A DNA stretch of 64,000 nucleotides from an uncultured Pseudodesulfovibrio sp. (GTDB lineage Bacteria; Desulfobacterota; Desulfovibrionia; Desulfovibrionales; Desulfovibrionaceae): contig OY776488.1 of the NCBI GenBank assembly GCA_963675635.1, positions 411,740 to 475,739 on the forward strand. Reading direction: 5' to 3'. The first letter of the stretch is position 1. Each line of letters begins with the position of its first letter. Shown piece after piece: positions 19,087 to 28,526 of this stretch. Position numbers and translations under genes: made by a program. The notes under the pieces were generated by a model that did not search any database, had not been told where the DNA came from, and was given only the letters and a program-made list of their open reading frames with translations.

Positions 19087-20834
19087 CAATCAAGCCCCAG
19101 CCGTTCAGTGGTTTCCTGTGTTGGGTTGCCACTCTCGTCCAGTCCGCGAACCCGGTAGTAGTTGGCGCGTGCCGTGAGAAATTCCTCACGGTTGATAGGC
19201 GTGACATCCACGCCACCGCCTGATGTGCCTTGTTCAGTGAAGAACCGCATGGGCAGGTCGTCATCGTCGGCTGTGAAACCGTTTTTCGCATTCATTATCC
19301 GTTCATTGTAATAGATGCGTTCCCCCGTCTCCAGTAGATCTTGGCCGGACACAGAGACGCCTGTGACGGCCGTAAACGCTTTGGCGTATTCTTCCAGGCT
19401 GGCTGCCAAAAAAGTGAATTTGCAGGCTGTGAGTGAATCTACCACGGCGTTCATGTCTTCCGCTATCTTGACGATGCGGGCCTTACCACTGAATGAAAAG
19501 CGGTCTGTAGCAACCGGCTTTCGCAGAACTTCGTGACTGATAGGGTAGGCGCGGAGATGGCAACCTCCCCGAGTGCTGGTGGCATAGGCCAGAGCCATTC
19601 CGTAAGCACCACGAGGGTCATAGGCGGGGAGATCCATGCCCTTGACTGACATGGACGTTTCCGTGCGACCACACACTTCGGCAAAATTGAACGACCCTTG
19701 TCCAAGGTCGCCGCCTTCAGCCATCTCACGCAGCGCAGTCAGCAGTGAAGCCCGCGTATAGTCCTGCCCGGTGATTTCTCGACGACAGGCAAGAGTGGAG
19801 CCTGCGGAGATGGTGTCCATGCCAAGCTGGTTGCACAGGTCGTTGGCTTCGAGGACCAGCTCCATGTCCCGATTGCCGATGAGCGCGGTGAAATGGGACA
19901 TGGTTTCGTATTCGGGCATGCTCCGTCCGTCCTGGGCAATCTTCTTGCACAAGATATGACAACCGCTACAGCCGTGTTTACGGGGGGTGAATTTCTTTTT
20001 GTAGGCCGCCGCATTAAGTTGGCGGGCGTTCTCAAAATGTGTTTTTTGAAAATTGTCTGTGGGCATCATGCGGCGGGAGTCCATCAGATCGAATATAGAT
20101 CCGGTGCCCCAGCAGGAGAATCCATGTTGACCGAGTAAAACTGGTGATGCCGCAGTCAGCCGGAAAATATCTTCTCTCGTTTGTTTGAGGGACTCCTTGT
20201 CGTGAATTCGGATTTTCCCTGTGCCTTTTACCGAGAGATATTTGAGATTCTTGGCGGCCCAAATGAGTCCGAGACCACCCCGTCCTGCAGTGTGATGGCG
20301 GTCAACCAAGACGGAAGCCATACGGGAACCATTTTCCGCAGCTGGTCCTATGCAGGCTATGGAAGCTCCTTTGGGCATTGAGGATTCGAGGCGGGAGAAG
20401 ACATCTCCAGATAATGCGCGTGATAGGTCTGTAGGGGTAATACGCACATCTTCGTCGTGTATTTCGATGCCGCAGAGCATGTCGCTTCTTCCGGTGATGA
20501 CCAGTCCGTCATAACCGGCACGTTTGAGCTGGGTGGCGATCCTGCCGCCGACGGAGGTGTCGCAGATCGCTCCGGTCAGCGGGGAGCGGGACATGATGGT
20601 CCCACGACCGGAAGTCGGTGCAATTGTGCCGCTCAAGGGGCCGGTGAATATGAGTAGCGGCAGGGCTGGATCATTCCATTCGCGGGTGGCATGGGGCGCG
20701 AGATATTGTCCAGCCATCCCTTTCCCACCGATATACTTGCGGTATTTTTCAAGAGGGGGGTGCTCGGAAATGACCTTTTTTCGAGTCAGATCTATATGCA
20801 GGATAGTACCTGTCCAGCCAAAATATTTTTGCAT
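19086..20834 (-). CDS. aor: aldehyde:ferredoxin oxidoreductase family (tungstopterin-type AOR)
   Basis: The N-terminus (GWTGTILHIDLT...YIGGKGMAG) and the 582-aa length match the AOR family. Confidence 0.9.
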   Translation of the reverse strand: MQKYFGWTGTILHIDLTRKKVISEHPPLEKYRKYIGGKGMAGQYLAPHATREWNDPALPLLIFTGPLSGTIAPTSGRGTIMSRSPLTGAICDTSVGGRIATQLKRAGYDGLVITGRSDMLCGIEIHDEDVRITPTDLSRALSGDVFSRLESSMPKGASIACIGPAAENGSRMASVLVDRHHTAGRGGLGLIWAAKNLKYLSVKGTGKIRIHDKESLKQTREDIFRLTAASPVLLGQHGFSCWGTGSIFDLMDSRRMMPTDNFQKTHFENARQLNAAAYKKKFTPRKHGCSGCHILCKKIAQDGRSMPEYETMSHFTALIGNRDMELVLEANDLCNQLGMDTISAGSTLACRREITGQDYTRASLLTALREMAEGGDLGQGSFNFAEVCGRTETSMSVKGMDLPAYDPRGAYGMALAYATSTRGGCHLRAYPISHEVLRKPVATDRFSFSGKARIVKIAEDMNAVVDSLTACKFTFLAASLEEYAKAFTAVTGVSVSGQDLLETGERIYYNERIMNAKNGFTADDDDLPMRFFTEQGTSGGGVDVTPINREEFLTARANYYRVRGLDESGNPTQETTERLGLD

Positions 20835-20927
20835 GGCTGGAAGATTCCATGAACCGTCTCAAAAGGCAACAGCTTGTCTTTCTTGACCCCACAGACGAAA
20901 TGGGTATTCTTGGTCGCCGGAGGATTC

Positions 20928-21458
20928 ATGGCCGAAAAAAAGATAGATAAAGCCCGTCGGAACTTTCTGTTCGGAGCGGTGCGCCGATTCAAAAACGAAG
21001 ATCCTGATCAGCCTGTGGCGTCCACGGCAGAGTGCGTGGAAGCGATTAAAGAGGCCAACGGCCTCTATGTTGATGGTGAATTCGAGGCTGCGCGTGACAA
21101 ATATAAGGAATGCCTTCAGTCGGATCAAAATGATGCCGACGTACGCTATCGCTTGGGTGTGTGTCAGTATAAGATTGGCAAGTATATGCAAGCCAAGGTT
21201 GAATTTGAGCGAACCCTGCGTATTGATCGATCATATCAGGACGCATTCTTGTATCTGGGACTGACGCTGGTTCGACTCGGAAAGCCGGAAAAAGCCCCAG
21301 GCCTGTGGAGTCAGTACTTTAATATCAAGGCCGTGGTCGTACAGCGGGAGCTGAATCTTCAACTCGGTCTGCTGGAAACTGGCGTCATTGATCCACCGGA
21401 AGTCATTGCCGAGGCCGTCGAAGCGGCTATCAAAGACGCAGGAGACGCGGTTGGTTAG
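20928..21458 (+). CDS. tetratricopeptide repeat protein
   Basis: TPR-like repeats (YRLGVCQYKIGKYMQAKVEFERTLRIDRSYQDAFLYLGL). GGAGGA RBS precedes the ATG at 20928. Confidence 0.7.
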   Translation: MAEKKIDKARRNFLFGAVRRFKNEDPDQPVASTAECVEAIKEANGLYVDGEFEAARDKYKECLQSDQNDADVRYRLGVCQYKIGKYMQAKVEFERTLRIDRSYQDAFLYLGLTLVRLGKPEKAPGLWSQYFNIKAVVVQRELNLQLGLLETGVIDPPEVIAEAVEAAIKDAGDAVG

Positions 21459-21481
21459 TCTTGGTTGTAATGATTAAAATG

Positions 21482-21529
21482 AAAAGCCCCGAACCTTTTG
21501 TAGGACGGGGCTTTTCATTGTTTTTTTTT
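21482..21529. terminator. bidirectional rho-independent terminator
   Basis: AAAAGCCCCG...CGGGGCTTTT hairpin followed by T9. Confidence 0.85.
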
Positions 21530-21535
21530 CGATGA

Positions 21536-22009
21536 CTAGCAGTGGCCCTTGATCTTGTCGGTGCTCGCCTGTTGGGCTATTTTTGACATCTGGGCGCGGA
21601 TGTAGTTTGCAGCGACGTCTCCGAGATCCTGATTGCTGGATGCCGACAGACCATGTTCTTTCAAGTCCTTGTCGATCTGTTTTTCCATGCGTTCGGATTC
21701 AAGAAACATGATGTAAGCAAGAACCAGAGCCGCCTTGTTGCTTTCACAGCCGTCACAGAGCAATTCGATGTTCTCCGGATCGACAGTCTCCAGAAGTCGG
21801 TCGATAAACATGGTGATCCATTTCTCATAGAGATCATGCATGATGGGTGGGATGAGGCTGGCTACCTGCTCAGGGGCATTGCCGGACGTGCCGGTTACAG
21901 CCATGAATTCGTTGAGAGCTTCAAGACGTTTGCTTTCGTCCTGCTCTTCCACCTTGCTGATGATGATGGCAAAAATATGTTCTCGTATCTGTTTTGGCGT
22001 CATGCTCAT
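21536..22009 (-). CDS. hypothetical protein
   Basis: Long ORF with balanced composition. The ATG at 22009 has GGAG upstream; the TTG at 22081 is an alternative start. No motif recognised. Confidence 0.5.
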   Translation of the reverse strand: MSMTPKQIREHIFAIIISKVEEQDESKRLEALNEFMAVTGTSGNAPEQVASLIPPIMHDLYEKWITMFIDRLLETVDPENIELLCDGCESNKAALVLAYIMFLESERMEKQIDKDLKEHGLSASSNQDLGDVAANYIRAQMSKIAQQASTDKIKGHC

Positions 22010-22169
22010 TTCGAAAAATCTCCACTGTTCTTCAATCTTTTCGGGACACCGGAATGTAACGTAATGTTCTTTCCCGGGCAAGTGGGGAAGAGAAATCCGT
22101 TTTCATTCACGGGGAATACGCGTATTGATTGCATCCTTATCAGAAAAAAGTGCCCTAAGGATGCTCTCC

Positions 22170-23456
22170 ATGGAATCTCTCATTACCACACTTGCACCAT
22201 TTCTCAAGGTCTTGTTCGCCTTTGTTCTTATGTTGGCTGGCATGCGGTTAAGAATCGGTCTCGGTCTTTCCATTCTGGTAGGTGGGGCTGTTATGGGGTT
22301 TCTGTTCGGACTCGGCCCTGTCCCGCTTGTCAAAGCCGGCGTACTGGCTCTGACACAGGAAAAATTCCATTTTCTTATCGCCATTGTCGGGCTGATTCTC
22401 ATTTTATCTGATGCCATGGAACGATCCGGGCAATCCAAGCGTCTTATGAACGCTTTATCAGGATTCCTGAGAAGCCCTCGGCTCAGACTCGTTTTTTTCC
22501 CGGCCCTTATCGGGTTGCTTCCCATGCCCGGCGGAGCTGTCTTTTCCGCTCCCATGGTCAAAACCGTGTCGGAAGATATGCGGATCAGCAATTCTCAGCG
22601 GGCGGTGGTCAACTATTGGTTCCGGCATGTGTGGGAATTGGTCTGGCCTCTCTATCCAGGTATTATTCTGACGCTTGGGCTTGCCAATATTCAGATTCTT
22701 GACCTCATTTCTTATACTTGGCCGGGAACACCTGTCATGCTGCTTGTCGGATGGTGGTTCTTTTTACGGCCCGGCGTTCTCAATGCAAGTGAATTGGTCG
22801 TGGAAAACCTGCCTACAACAAGGAGTAAGAAGGCTGCGTTTAAGGAAGGCCTGCCACTTTTGACAGCCATTGTCGGTGCCATAGGGCTTGAGAGTGTTAT
22901 TGCTACTTTTTTCCCTTCCATTCCTTTTGAACTGGGTGTGGTTGCAGCTCTGGCTGCTGCCGTGCTGTGTGTCATGGTGCAGAATACTCAGTTGGGTCTC
23001 CGCTTTTTTCGAGACGTGCTGACCAAGAAGAGTCTGTGGTCCATGGTTTTTGTCATTGTCTCGATTTTTGTTTTCAAGGACATCATGCAGGCCGCAGGTG
23101 TGGTCAGCGAAATGGCCCGGGTTGCAGGTGGCGAGGCAGCTCTGTTTGCCTCTGCTGCTTTTCTGCCATTTCTTGTGGGGTTGGTCGCAGGTATCAATGT
23201 GGCTTTTGTTGGAGCGACATTCCCTCTTTTGCTTGGTGTGCTCGACTCTCTGGGTATGCAGGATCAGACCATTCGGTATATCGTACTGGCTACTTTTTCA
23301 GGGTTTACCGGGGTTATGATCTCACCTATTCATATCTGTTTCATATTAACATGTGAATATTTTCAGTGTGATCTGGCTCGTACCTGGCGAAAACTGATCT
23401 GGCCTTGTTTCATCTTTTTTGCTTCTGGTGTCGCACTATTCACCTTTCTTAACTAA
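22170..23456 (+). CDS. polytopic membrane protein (DUF401-like putative transporter)
   Basis: About 12 hydrophobic segments across 428 aa. AAGGA lies 8 nt upstream of the ATG at 22170. The family assignment is tentative. Confidence 0.65.
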   Translation: MESLITTLAPFLKVLFAFVLMLAGMRLRIGLGLSILVGGAVMGFLFGLGPVPLVKAGVLALTQEKFHFLIAIVGLILILSDAMERSGQSKRLMNALSGFLRSPRLRLVFFPALIGLLPMPGGAVFSAPMVKTVSEDMRISNSQRAVVNYWFRHVWELVWPLYPGIILTLGLANIQILDLISYTWPGTPVMLLVGWWFFLRPGVLNASELVVENLPTTRSKKAAFKEGLPLLTAIVGAIGLESVIATFFPSIPFELGVVAALAAAVLCVMVQNTQLGLRFFRDVLTKKSLWSMVFVIVSIFVFKDIMQAAGVVSEMARVAGGEAALFASAAFLPFLVGLVAGINVAFVGATFPLLLGVLDSLGMQDQTIRYIVLATFSGFTGVMISPIHICFILTCEYFQCDLARTWRKLIWPCFIFFASGVALFTFLN

Positions 23457-23552
23457 GCGGGGCATTGACTAAGACTTGATGAACGGAAAGTTTTTTTGTA
23501 CATCTCGTGTCTGCAAATTGAATACTACAAACATGGACGAGGGGGATGATGG

Positions 23553-23933
23553 ATGAGCCAGTATGGTGATATCTTTACTGACAATCTGTTGCTGACTATT
23601 TTTCCCGAAGAACGGGCGGATGCGTTTTTCGAGGCACTGTTTGGGGACGCGGAAGAGGGGAGCTATGACATTGCTCTTGCATACGTAGGGGACAGCGATT
23701 CCGGTCTTGATTTCGAAATGAAACTCATGCAACGGCCGGGCAAATGTTTGGCATGCAATCTGACTTACGGATTGCCAGAAGTTTTTTCCCGTCACCCTGT
23801 AATTAACGTGCAAGGGATTGCGGAAACCGTAGCGAATGCTATCGGTAAAAAATCTGCCACCTGGAAATTCGGAGCAACACGGGAAGTCTCGCGGGAGCTG
23901 CATATCATCCCGTTGAATATCCGACCAGAATAG
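23553..23933 (+). CDS. hypothetical protein
   Basis: 126-aa ORF with a strong GAGGGGGA RBS. It has a single CLAC pair and no recognised domain. Confidence 0.6.
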   Translation: MSQYGDIFTDNLLLTIFPEERADAFFEALFGDAEEGSYDIALAYVGDSDSGLDFEMKLMQRPGKCLACNLTYGLPEVFSRHPVINVQGIAETVANAIGKKSATWKFGATREVSRELHIIPLNIRPE

Positions 23934-23952
23934 TTAATTGGTGTCTTTGTGA

Positions 23953-23989
23953 AAGCGGCTTAAGGAGTGTGTCCTTGAGCCGCTTTTTT
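23953..23989 (+). terminator. rho-independent terminator
   Basis: AAGCGGCTtAAGGA-gtgtg-TCCTTgAGCCGCTT hairpin followed by TTTTTT. Confidence 0.85.
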
Positions 23990-23994
23990 GTGCA

Positions 23995-24924
23995 TTATTG
24001 GATGGAGTCCACAAGGAGCGGTTCTCCTTTTTCCGGGGCCAGTCTCAGTGTGAGTGCGTCTTTTGAACAGGCCTGGATACAAACTCCACACCCCATACAT
24101 TTGTCTTCGCGGATGAATGCAGATTCCTTGTTGAAGCCGATGGCCTTGAATTGACACTTTTCGGCACACAGGCCGCATCTGACACAGCTGTCCACATTGA
24201 CTTCGGCCAGGTAGCCGGACGAGCAGAGCATGTTCATGCCATGGGTCTGGGCTTTCATCGCTCCGCAGCAACAAGAGCAACAGTTGCAGATGGCGTAGTA
24301 TCTGCCAAGCATGACGTCCTTGAAAAAAGCGTGGGAGACATGACCGCGAGCCTGTTCCGCCTTGATGATCCGGACGGCTTCGTCAGCCGAGATCTCACGG
24401 GTCTTGTCCGGGTGGTGTTCAAGCATGAAGGTGGCGAACGGATCACCGATAAGGATACACACGTCGATAGGGGTGCATGGATTCTTCATGCCCGATCGAC
24501 AGGGGCAGTCCAGCAGGACAATCTTTTCCGGGTGGTTGAGGACGATCTCGCGGGCGCGGGTGTAAGGAAGAACCTGTTCCGAGACCTCGGTGTTCACTGC
24601 ACGGTTTATTTTGATCAGCTTGACAGCTTCTTCCAACGGCAAAGGTTTGCCATGGTACGAGTCCCCCCAGGTCACCTTCTTCTGATCGGGGTCGCCTGTT
24701 CTGTTTTTGTCATCGGGCAGAAACGGCCTGTGCCAGTTGATGAAAAGGATCAGCGGCGCCCACAGATAGCGCCACCATGGTTCTTTGTCCCCGGCCAGGC
24801 CGATGTAGTTGTAACACCAGCGTCCGTAAACATAGCCGTGGATGAAATCGAAAAGGGAGAGCCCCTTTTCTCGGCAATTGCGGTAATATGTGATCGTGGA
24901 CTGTTTGACGAAAGGTATTTTCAT
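23995..24924 (-). CDS. iron-sulfur protein: novel N-terminal domain with a CNCCSCCC cluster plus a C-terminal 2x[4Fe-4S] ferredoxin domain
   Basis: C-terminal CVRCGLCAEKC and CMGCGVCIQAC motifs. Upstream Cys-dense segments LDCPCRSGMKNPC and ICNCCSCCCG. Confidence 0.7.
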   Translation of the reverse strand: MKIPFVKQSTITYYRNCREKGLSLFDFIHGYVYGRWCYNYIGLAGDKEPWWRYLWAPLILFINWHRPFLPDDKNRTGDPDQKKVTWGDSYHGKPLPLEEAVKLIKINRAVNTEVSEQVLPYTRAREIVLNHPEKIVLLDCPCRSGMKNPCTPIDVCILIGDPFATFMLEHHPDKTREISADEAVRIIKAEQARGHVSHAFFKDVMLGRYYAICNCCSCCCGAMKAQTHGMNMLCSSGYLAEVNVDSCVRCGLCAEKCQFKAIGFNKESAFIREDKCMGCGVCIQACSKDALTLRLAPEKGEPLLVDSIQ

Positions 24925-25064
24925 GGCGAATCTTGATTGTTGAATGTGCAACGAGTGTGTATTGAATTCTACCGACCTGCCAAACAAAGTCAACATGACG
25001 GGGCGCGACTTCTCGGTCGTTTTTTGCTAGAAACCGACTTGATAGAATATGGACGAGGATTTGT

Positions 25065-25442
25065 ATGAATGATGAACAAATGGAATTGGCCCGTGAGCGA
25101 AACATGCTTGCCAAGAGCAGGACACGACTCGCCAACAAGCGGACTTTTCTCGCGTGGTGCAGAACTGCTCTTGCCTTCATGACTTTCGGCTTTCTGCTTG
25201 AAAAGATTGATCTCTTTCTCGTGTCCGGACATCAGACCGTGACCGACGCCGTGCTCATGGAATTGGGCGTACTCGGCAAGCTCGCTTTTATCGGCGGCCC
25301 GGTGCTGATGCTGTTTGCCGGATGGCGATATTACCGATTGGAAAAGGAAATCGGTTTTTCGGGCGGAGCATTGTTTGTTATCCCGGAAATAGTTCTTTTC
25401 GGCTTCATCCTTTCCGGCGCTCTTCTGTATGTGTTCTGGTAA
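25065..25442 (+). CDS. DUF202 (YidH-like) membrane protein
   Basis: ARERNMLAKSRTRLANKRTFLAWCRTALAFMTFGF signature and 3 TM segments. Confidence 0.8.
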   Translation: MNDEQMELARERNMLAKSRTRLANKRTFLAWCRTALAFMTFGFLLEKIDLFLVSGHQTVTDAVLMELGVLGKLAFIGGPVLMLFAGWRYYRLEKEIGFSGGALFVIPEIVLFGFILSGALLYVFW

Positions 25443-25452
25443 CTGAAGTCAT

Positions 25453-26391
25453 ATGTTCCGTATCATATTCATCGGTGTCGTAGCGGCTTTCTTCTTCAGT
25501 TCCACTTTTGTGCTCAATCGGGCCATGTCCCTTGAGGGCGGTCATTGGGTCTGGTCAGCCAGCCTCCGATATTTCTGGATGCTGGTGATTCTCGGTGTGT
25601 GGCTTCTTGTGACCGGCAAGGGCCGTCTCGGGCTGGATGCAGTCAAGTTGTTCTTTCGGCATTGGGTATTCTGGACTTTGGCCGGTTCGGTCGGATTCGG
25701 CGTGTTTTACGCGCTCATCACCTTCAGCTCGGTCTTTGCTCCCGGCTGGGTCGTGGCTGCCACATGGCAGACAACGATTCTAGCCACACCGTTGGTCCTG
25801 CTGGCGTTTGGGCGAAGAATTCCGCTCAAGGCTCTGGCTTTGACCGTGATTATCTTCATCGGCGTGGTGCTGGTAAATCTTGAACAGGCTTCGGCAACGG
25901 GCTGGCGAGAAATGCTGCTGGGCGCATTGCCCGTACTTGTCGCGGCGTTTGCCTATCCTTTTGGTAATCAGTTGGTCTGGGAGGCTCGCAGAGGTGAAAA
26001 GTCCTTTGTACCGTCCATTGACCATCCGGCCATGGATGATCCGTTTTGCCGTGTGCTTTTGCTCACGTTCGGATCACTGCCGCTTTGGGTGATACTCATT
26101 GCGGTCACCATGCCGCCACTTCCATCAACTGGCCAGGTTGCGCAGACTGCTCTCGTCGCACTGTGCTCAGGCGTGATTGCAACATCTCTCTTTTTATATG
26201 CCCGGTATCATGCTCGGAATACGGCTGAATTGGCTGCTGCCGACTGCACGCAGTCCATGGAGGTCGTGTTTTCTCTCGCTGGTGAAGCTTTGCTCCTGGG
26301 GCACGTTGTTCCGGGTTCTCTCGGGTGGACTGGTATTGCCCTGACAATGCTGGGCCTCATGCTCTATGTGACCGTTCAGAGCAGACAGTAG
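25453..26391 (+). CDS. DMT-superfamily putative multidrug/metabolite efflux transporter
   Basis: A 10-TM protein of 312 aa with an EamA-like repeated architecture. Confidence 0.7.
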   Translation: MFRIIFIGVVAAFFFSSTFVLNRAMSLEGGHWVWSASLRYFWMLVILGVWLLVTGKGRLGLDAVKLFFRHWVFWTLAGSVGFGVFYALITFSSVFAPGWVVAATWQTTILATPLVLLAFGRRIPLKALALTVIIFIGVVLVNLEQASATGWREMLLGALPVLVAAFAYPFGNQLVWEARRGEKSFVPSIDHPAMDDPFCRVLLLTFGSLPLWVILIAVTMPPLPSTGQVAQTALVALCSGVIATSLFLYARYHARNTAELAAADCTQSMEVVFSLAGEALLLGHVVPGSLGWTGIALTMLGLMLYVTVQSRQ

Positions 26392-26460
26392 GCTTTAGCT
26401 GTTTCACAACACAATCTTTGAGTGCACGCGGTTCTCAAGCAAAGGGGGCGGTGTGCAAAG

Positions 26461-26492
26461 AAAAAGGGAAGCCCGTGCGGACTTCCCTTTTG
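26461..26492. terminator. bidirectional rho-independent terminator
   Basis: AAGGGAAG-loop-CTTCCCTT hairpin with T-tracts on both strands between convergent genes. Confidence 0.8.
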
Positions 26493-26513
26493 TATGTGAA
26501 TTGTCGGTGAGAC

Positions 26514-28358
26514 CTATTGGTCTTTCGGTTTTTTCTTCTTGCCTTCTTCGCGGTGGCGAACAAGGGCGGACAGCTCCAGCTTCCTCAGGCGGATGGACAG
26601 AGGGGTCACTTCGACCTGCTCGTCGTCCTTGATGAAGTTCAGAGCGTATTCCAGTGTCATGGGCTTGACCGGGGTGAGGATAACTGCCTCGTCTTTTCCG
26701 GATGCGCGCATGTTGGTGAGCTTCTTTTCCTTGCTCGCGTTGACGTTGATGTCGTTTTCGCGATTGTGTTCACCGATGATCATTCCTTCGTAGACCGGAT
26801 CACCGGGTACAATGAAGATGCGGCCACGCGGCTCAAGGTTGAACAGGCCGTATGCAACACCTTTGCCTGCGCGGTCAGCGACCAGGGAACCTGTGTAACG
26901 TGAGCTGAAATCGCCACGGTGTTCACCGTAGCCTTCCAGATAGGAGTTCATGATGCCGGTACCCTTGGTGTCGGTCAGGAACTCGTCACGGTAGCCGATG
27001 AGAGAGCGGGAAGGCACGGAAAATTCGAGGCGAACCCGACCTGTGCCGTTGTTGACCATATTGGTCATGCGGCCCTTGCGGGACTGGATTTTCTCGGAAA
27101 CAATACCCATGAAATCTTCGTCGCAATCGACGAACAGGTGTTCAATGGGCTCCATCTTCTTGCCGTTTTCTTCCTTGATGATAACCTCGGGACGTCCAAC
27201 GGACAGCTCGAAACCTTCACGGCGCATCTGTTCAACCAGAATGGCCATCTGGAACTCGCCGCGTCCTTTGACCAGGTATGCGTCGCGGTTTTCGCTGTCT
27301 TCCACCTGAATAGCCACGTTGAGCAGGGTTTCCTTGTGGAGTCGTTCCCTGATCTTGTTGGTCTGAACGTGTTTGCCTTCCTTGCCTGCCAGAGGCGAGG
27401 TGTTGATGCCGAATCGCATTGCAACAGTGGGTTCATCAACAGTGATGCGGGGCAGAGCTTTGGGAGATTCCTTGGTGCAGATGGTGTCGCCGATGTGGAC
27501 ATCTTCGATACCTGCGACAACGACGATGTCACCGGGGGCGCAGACTTCGGTGGGGACGACCTTCAGTCCGTCATAGGTCTGAAGCTTGGTGACCTTGAGC
27601 GGAAGAACCTTGTCGTTGTCAGCCAGGCAGATGAGCTGATCATTGGACTTGGCGACACCGTGATGGATCTTGCCGATGGCAAGGCGGCCCAGATAGTCGG
27701 AGTAGGAAAGATCGGAGACGAGCATCTGGAACGGTTCGTCTGGGTTGTAGGACGGTCCGGGCACTTTCTCAATAATCATGTCAAGCAGGATGTGCAGGTT
27801 CTCGCCTCGTTCCTCAGCCGTTTTCATGGCGATGCCGTCACGGCCGATGGCGTAGAGCAGCGGGAAGTCCAACTGCTCCTCATTGGCGTCCAGGTCGATG
27901 AACAGGTCATAAATTTCATCAAGCACTTCGTCGGGACGTGCATCCTGGCGGTCAACCTTGTTGATGACAACCATGAGGGAAAGACCCTGTTCCAGCGCTT
28001 TCTTCAAAACGAAGCGGGTCTGGGGCAGCGGGCCTTCGGATGCGTCCACCAACAGGATGGCGCCGTCGGCCATGGACAGGGAACGTTCAACTTCGCCACC
28101 AAAGTCGGCGTGGCCGGGGGTGTCGATGATGTTGATCTTGGTTCCCTTCCAGCAAACCGAGCAGTTTTTGGCGGCGATGGTGATGCCGCGTTCTCGTTCC
28201 AGGTCCATGGAATCCATGATGCGTTCGTCCACGTCCTGGCCTTCGCGGAAGAGGCCCGACTGTTTGAACATGGCGTCCACGAGGGTGGTCTTGCCGTGGT
28301 CAACGTGGGCGATGATGGCGATATTGCGAAGCTCGGTGTTCTGTACTGTGTTGCTCAT
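26514..28358 (-). CDS. typA: translational GTPase TypA/BipA
   Basis: [30 protein letters not shown] and NKVDR GTPase motifs, about 614 aa. GGAGAG RBS at the ATG at 28358. Confidence 0.97.
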   Translation of the reverse strand: MSNTVQNTELRNIAIIAHVDHGKTTLVDAMFKQSGLFREGQDVDERIMDSMDLERERGITIAAKNCSVCWKGTKINIIDTPGHADFGGEVERSLSMADGAILLVDASEGPLPQTRFVLKKALEQGLSLMVVINKVDRQDARPDEVLDEIYDLFIDLDANEEQLDFPLLYAIGRDGIAMKTAEERGENLHILLDMIIEKVPGPSYNPDEPFQMLVSDLSYSDYLGRLAIGKIHHGVAKSNDQLICLADNDKVLPLKVTKLQTYDGLKVVPTEVCAPGDIVVVAGIEDVHIGDTICTKESPKALPRITVDEPTVAMRFGINTSPLAGKEGKHVQTNKIRERLHKETLLNVAIQVEDSENRDAYLVKGRGEFQMAILVEQMRREGFELSVGRPEVIIKEENGKKMEPIEHLFVDCDEDFMGIVSEKIQSRKGRMTNMVNNGTGRVRLEFSVPSRSLIGYRDEFLTDTKGTGIMNSYLEGYGEHRGDFSSRYTGSLVADRAGKGVAYGLFNLEPRGRIFIVPGDPVYEGMIIGEHNRENDINVNASKEKKLTNMRASGKDEAVILTPVKPMTLEYALNFIKDDEQVEVTPLSIRLRKLELSALVRHREEGKKKKPKDQ

Positions 28359-28526
28359 TGTCTCTCCAATAATATGTAATGGGCGCTTCAAGCGCAGGCC
28401 GGGGGTTACCCGAATTGTGTGGCTCTGGCAAGGATATATTGTTGTCGAAGCCGAAATGTCATTTTAATCCTGAGAATAATCATATAGGTTCTTATTTGCC
28501 GTAACCCCCTGACCATGGAGTGAATC

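Noticed and set aside
20928-20999. Twin-arginine-like motif (ARRNFLFGAV) at the N-terminus of the TPR protein
   Set aside because: The motif is followed by RRFKNEDPDQ rather than a hydrophobic h-region and an AxA cleavage site. A functional Tat signal is therefore unlikely.
26919-28379. 486-aa plus-strand ORF opposite typA
   Set aside because: It is antisense to a near-canonical TypA/BipA GTPase. It is Val/Gly/Asp/His-rich and low-complexity, with no RBS or recognisable domain.
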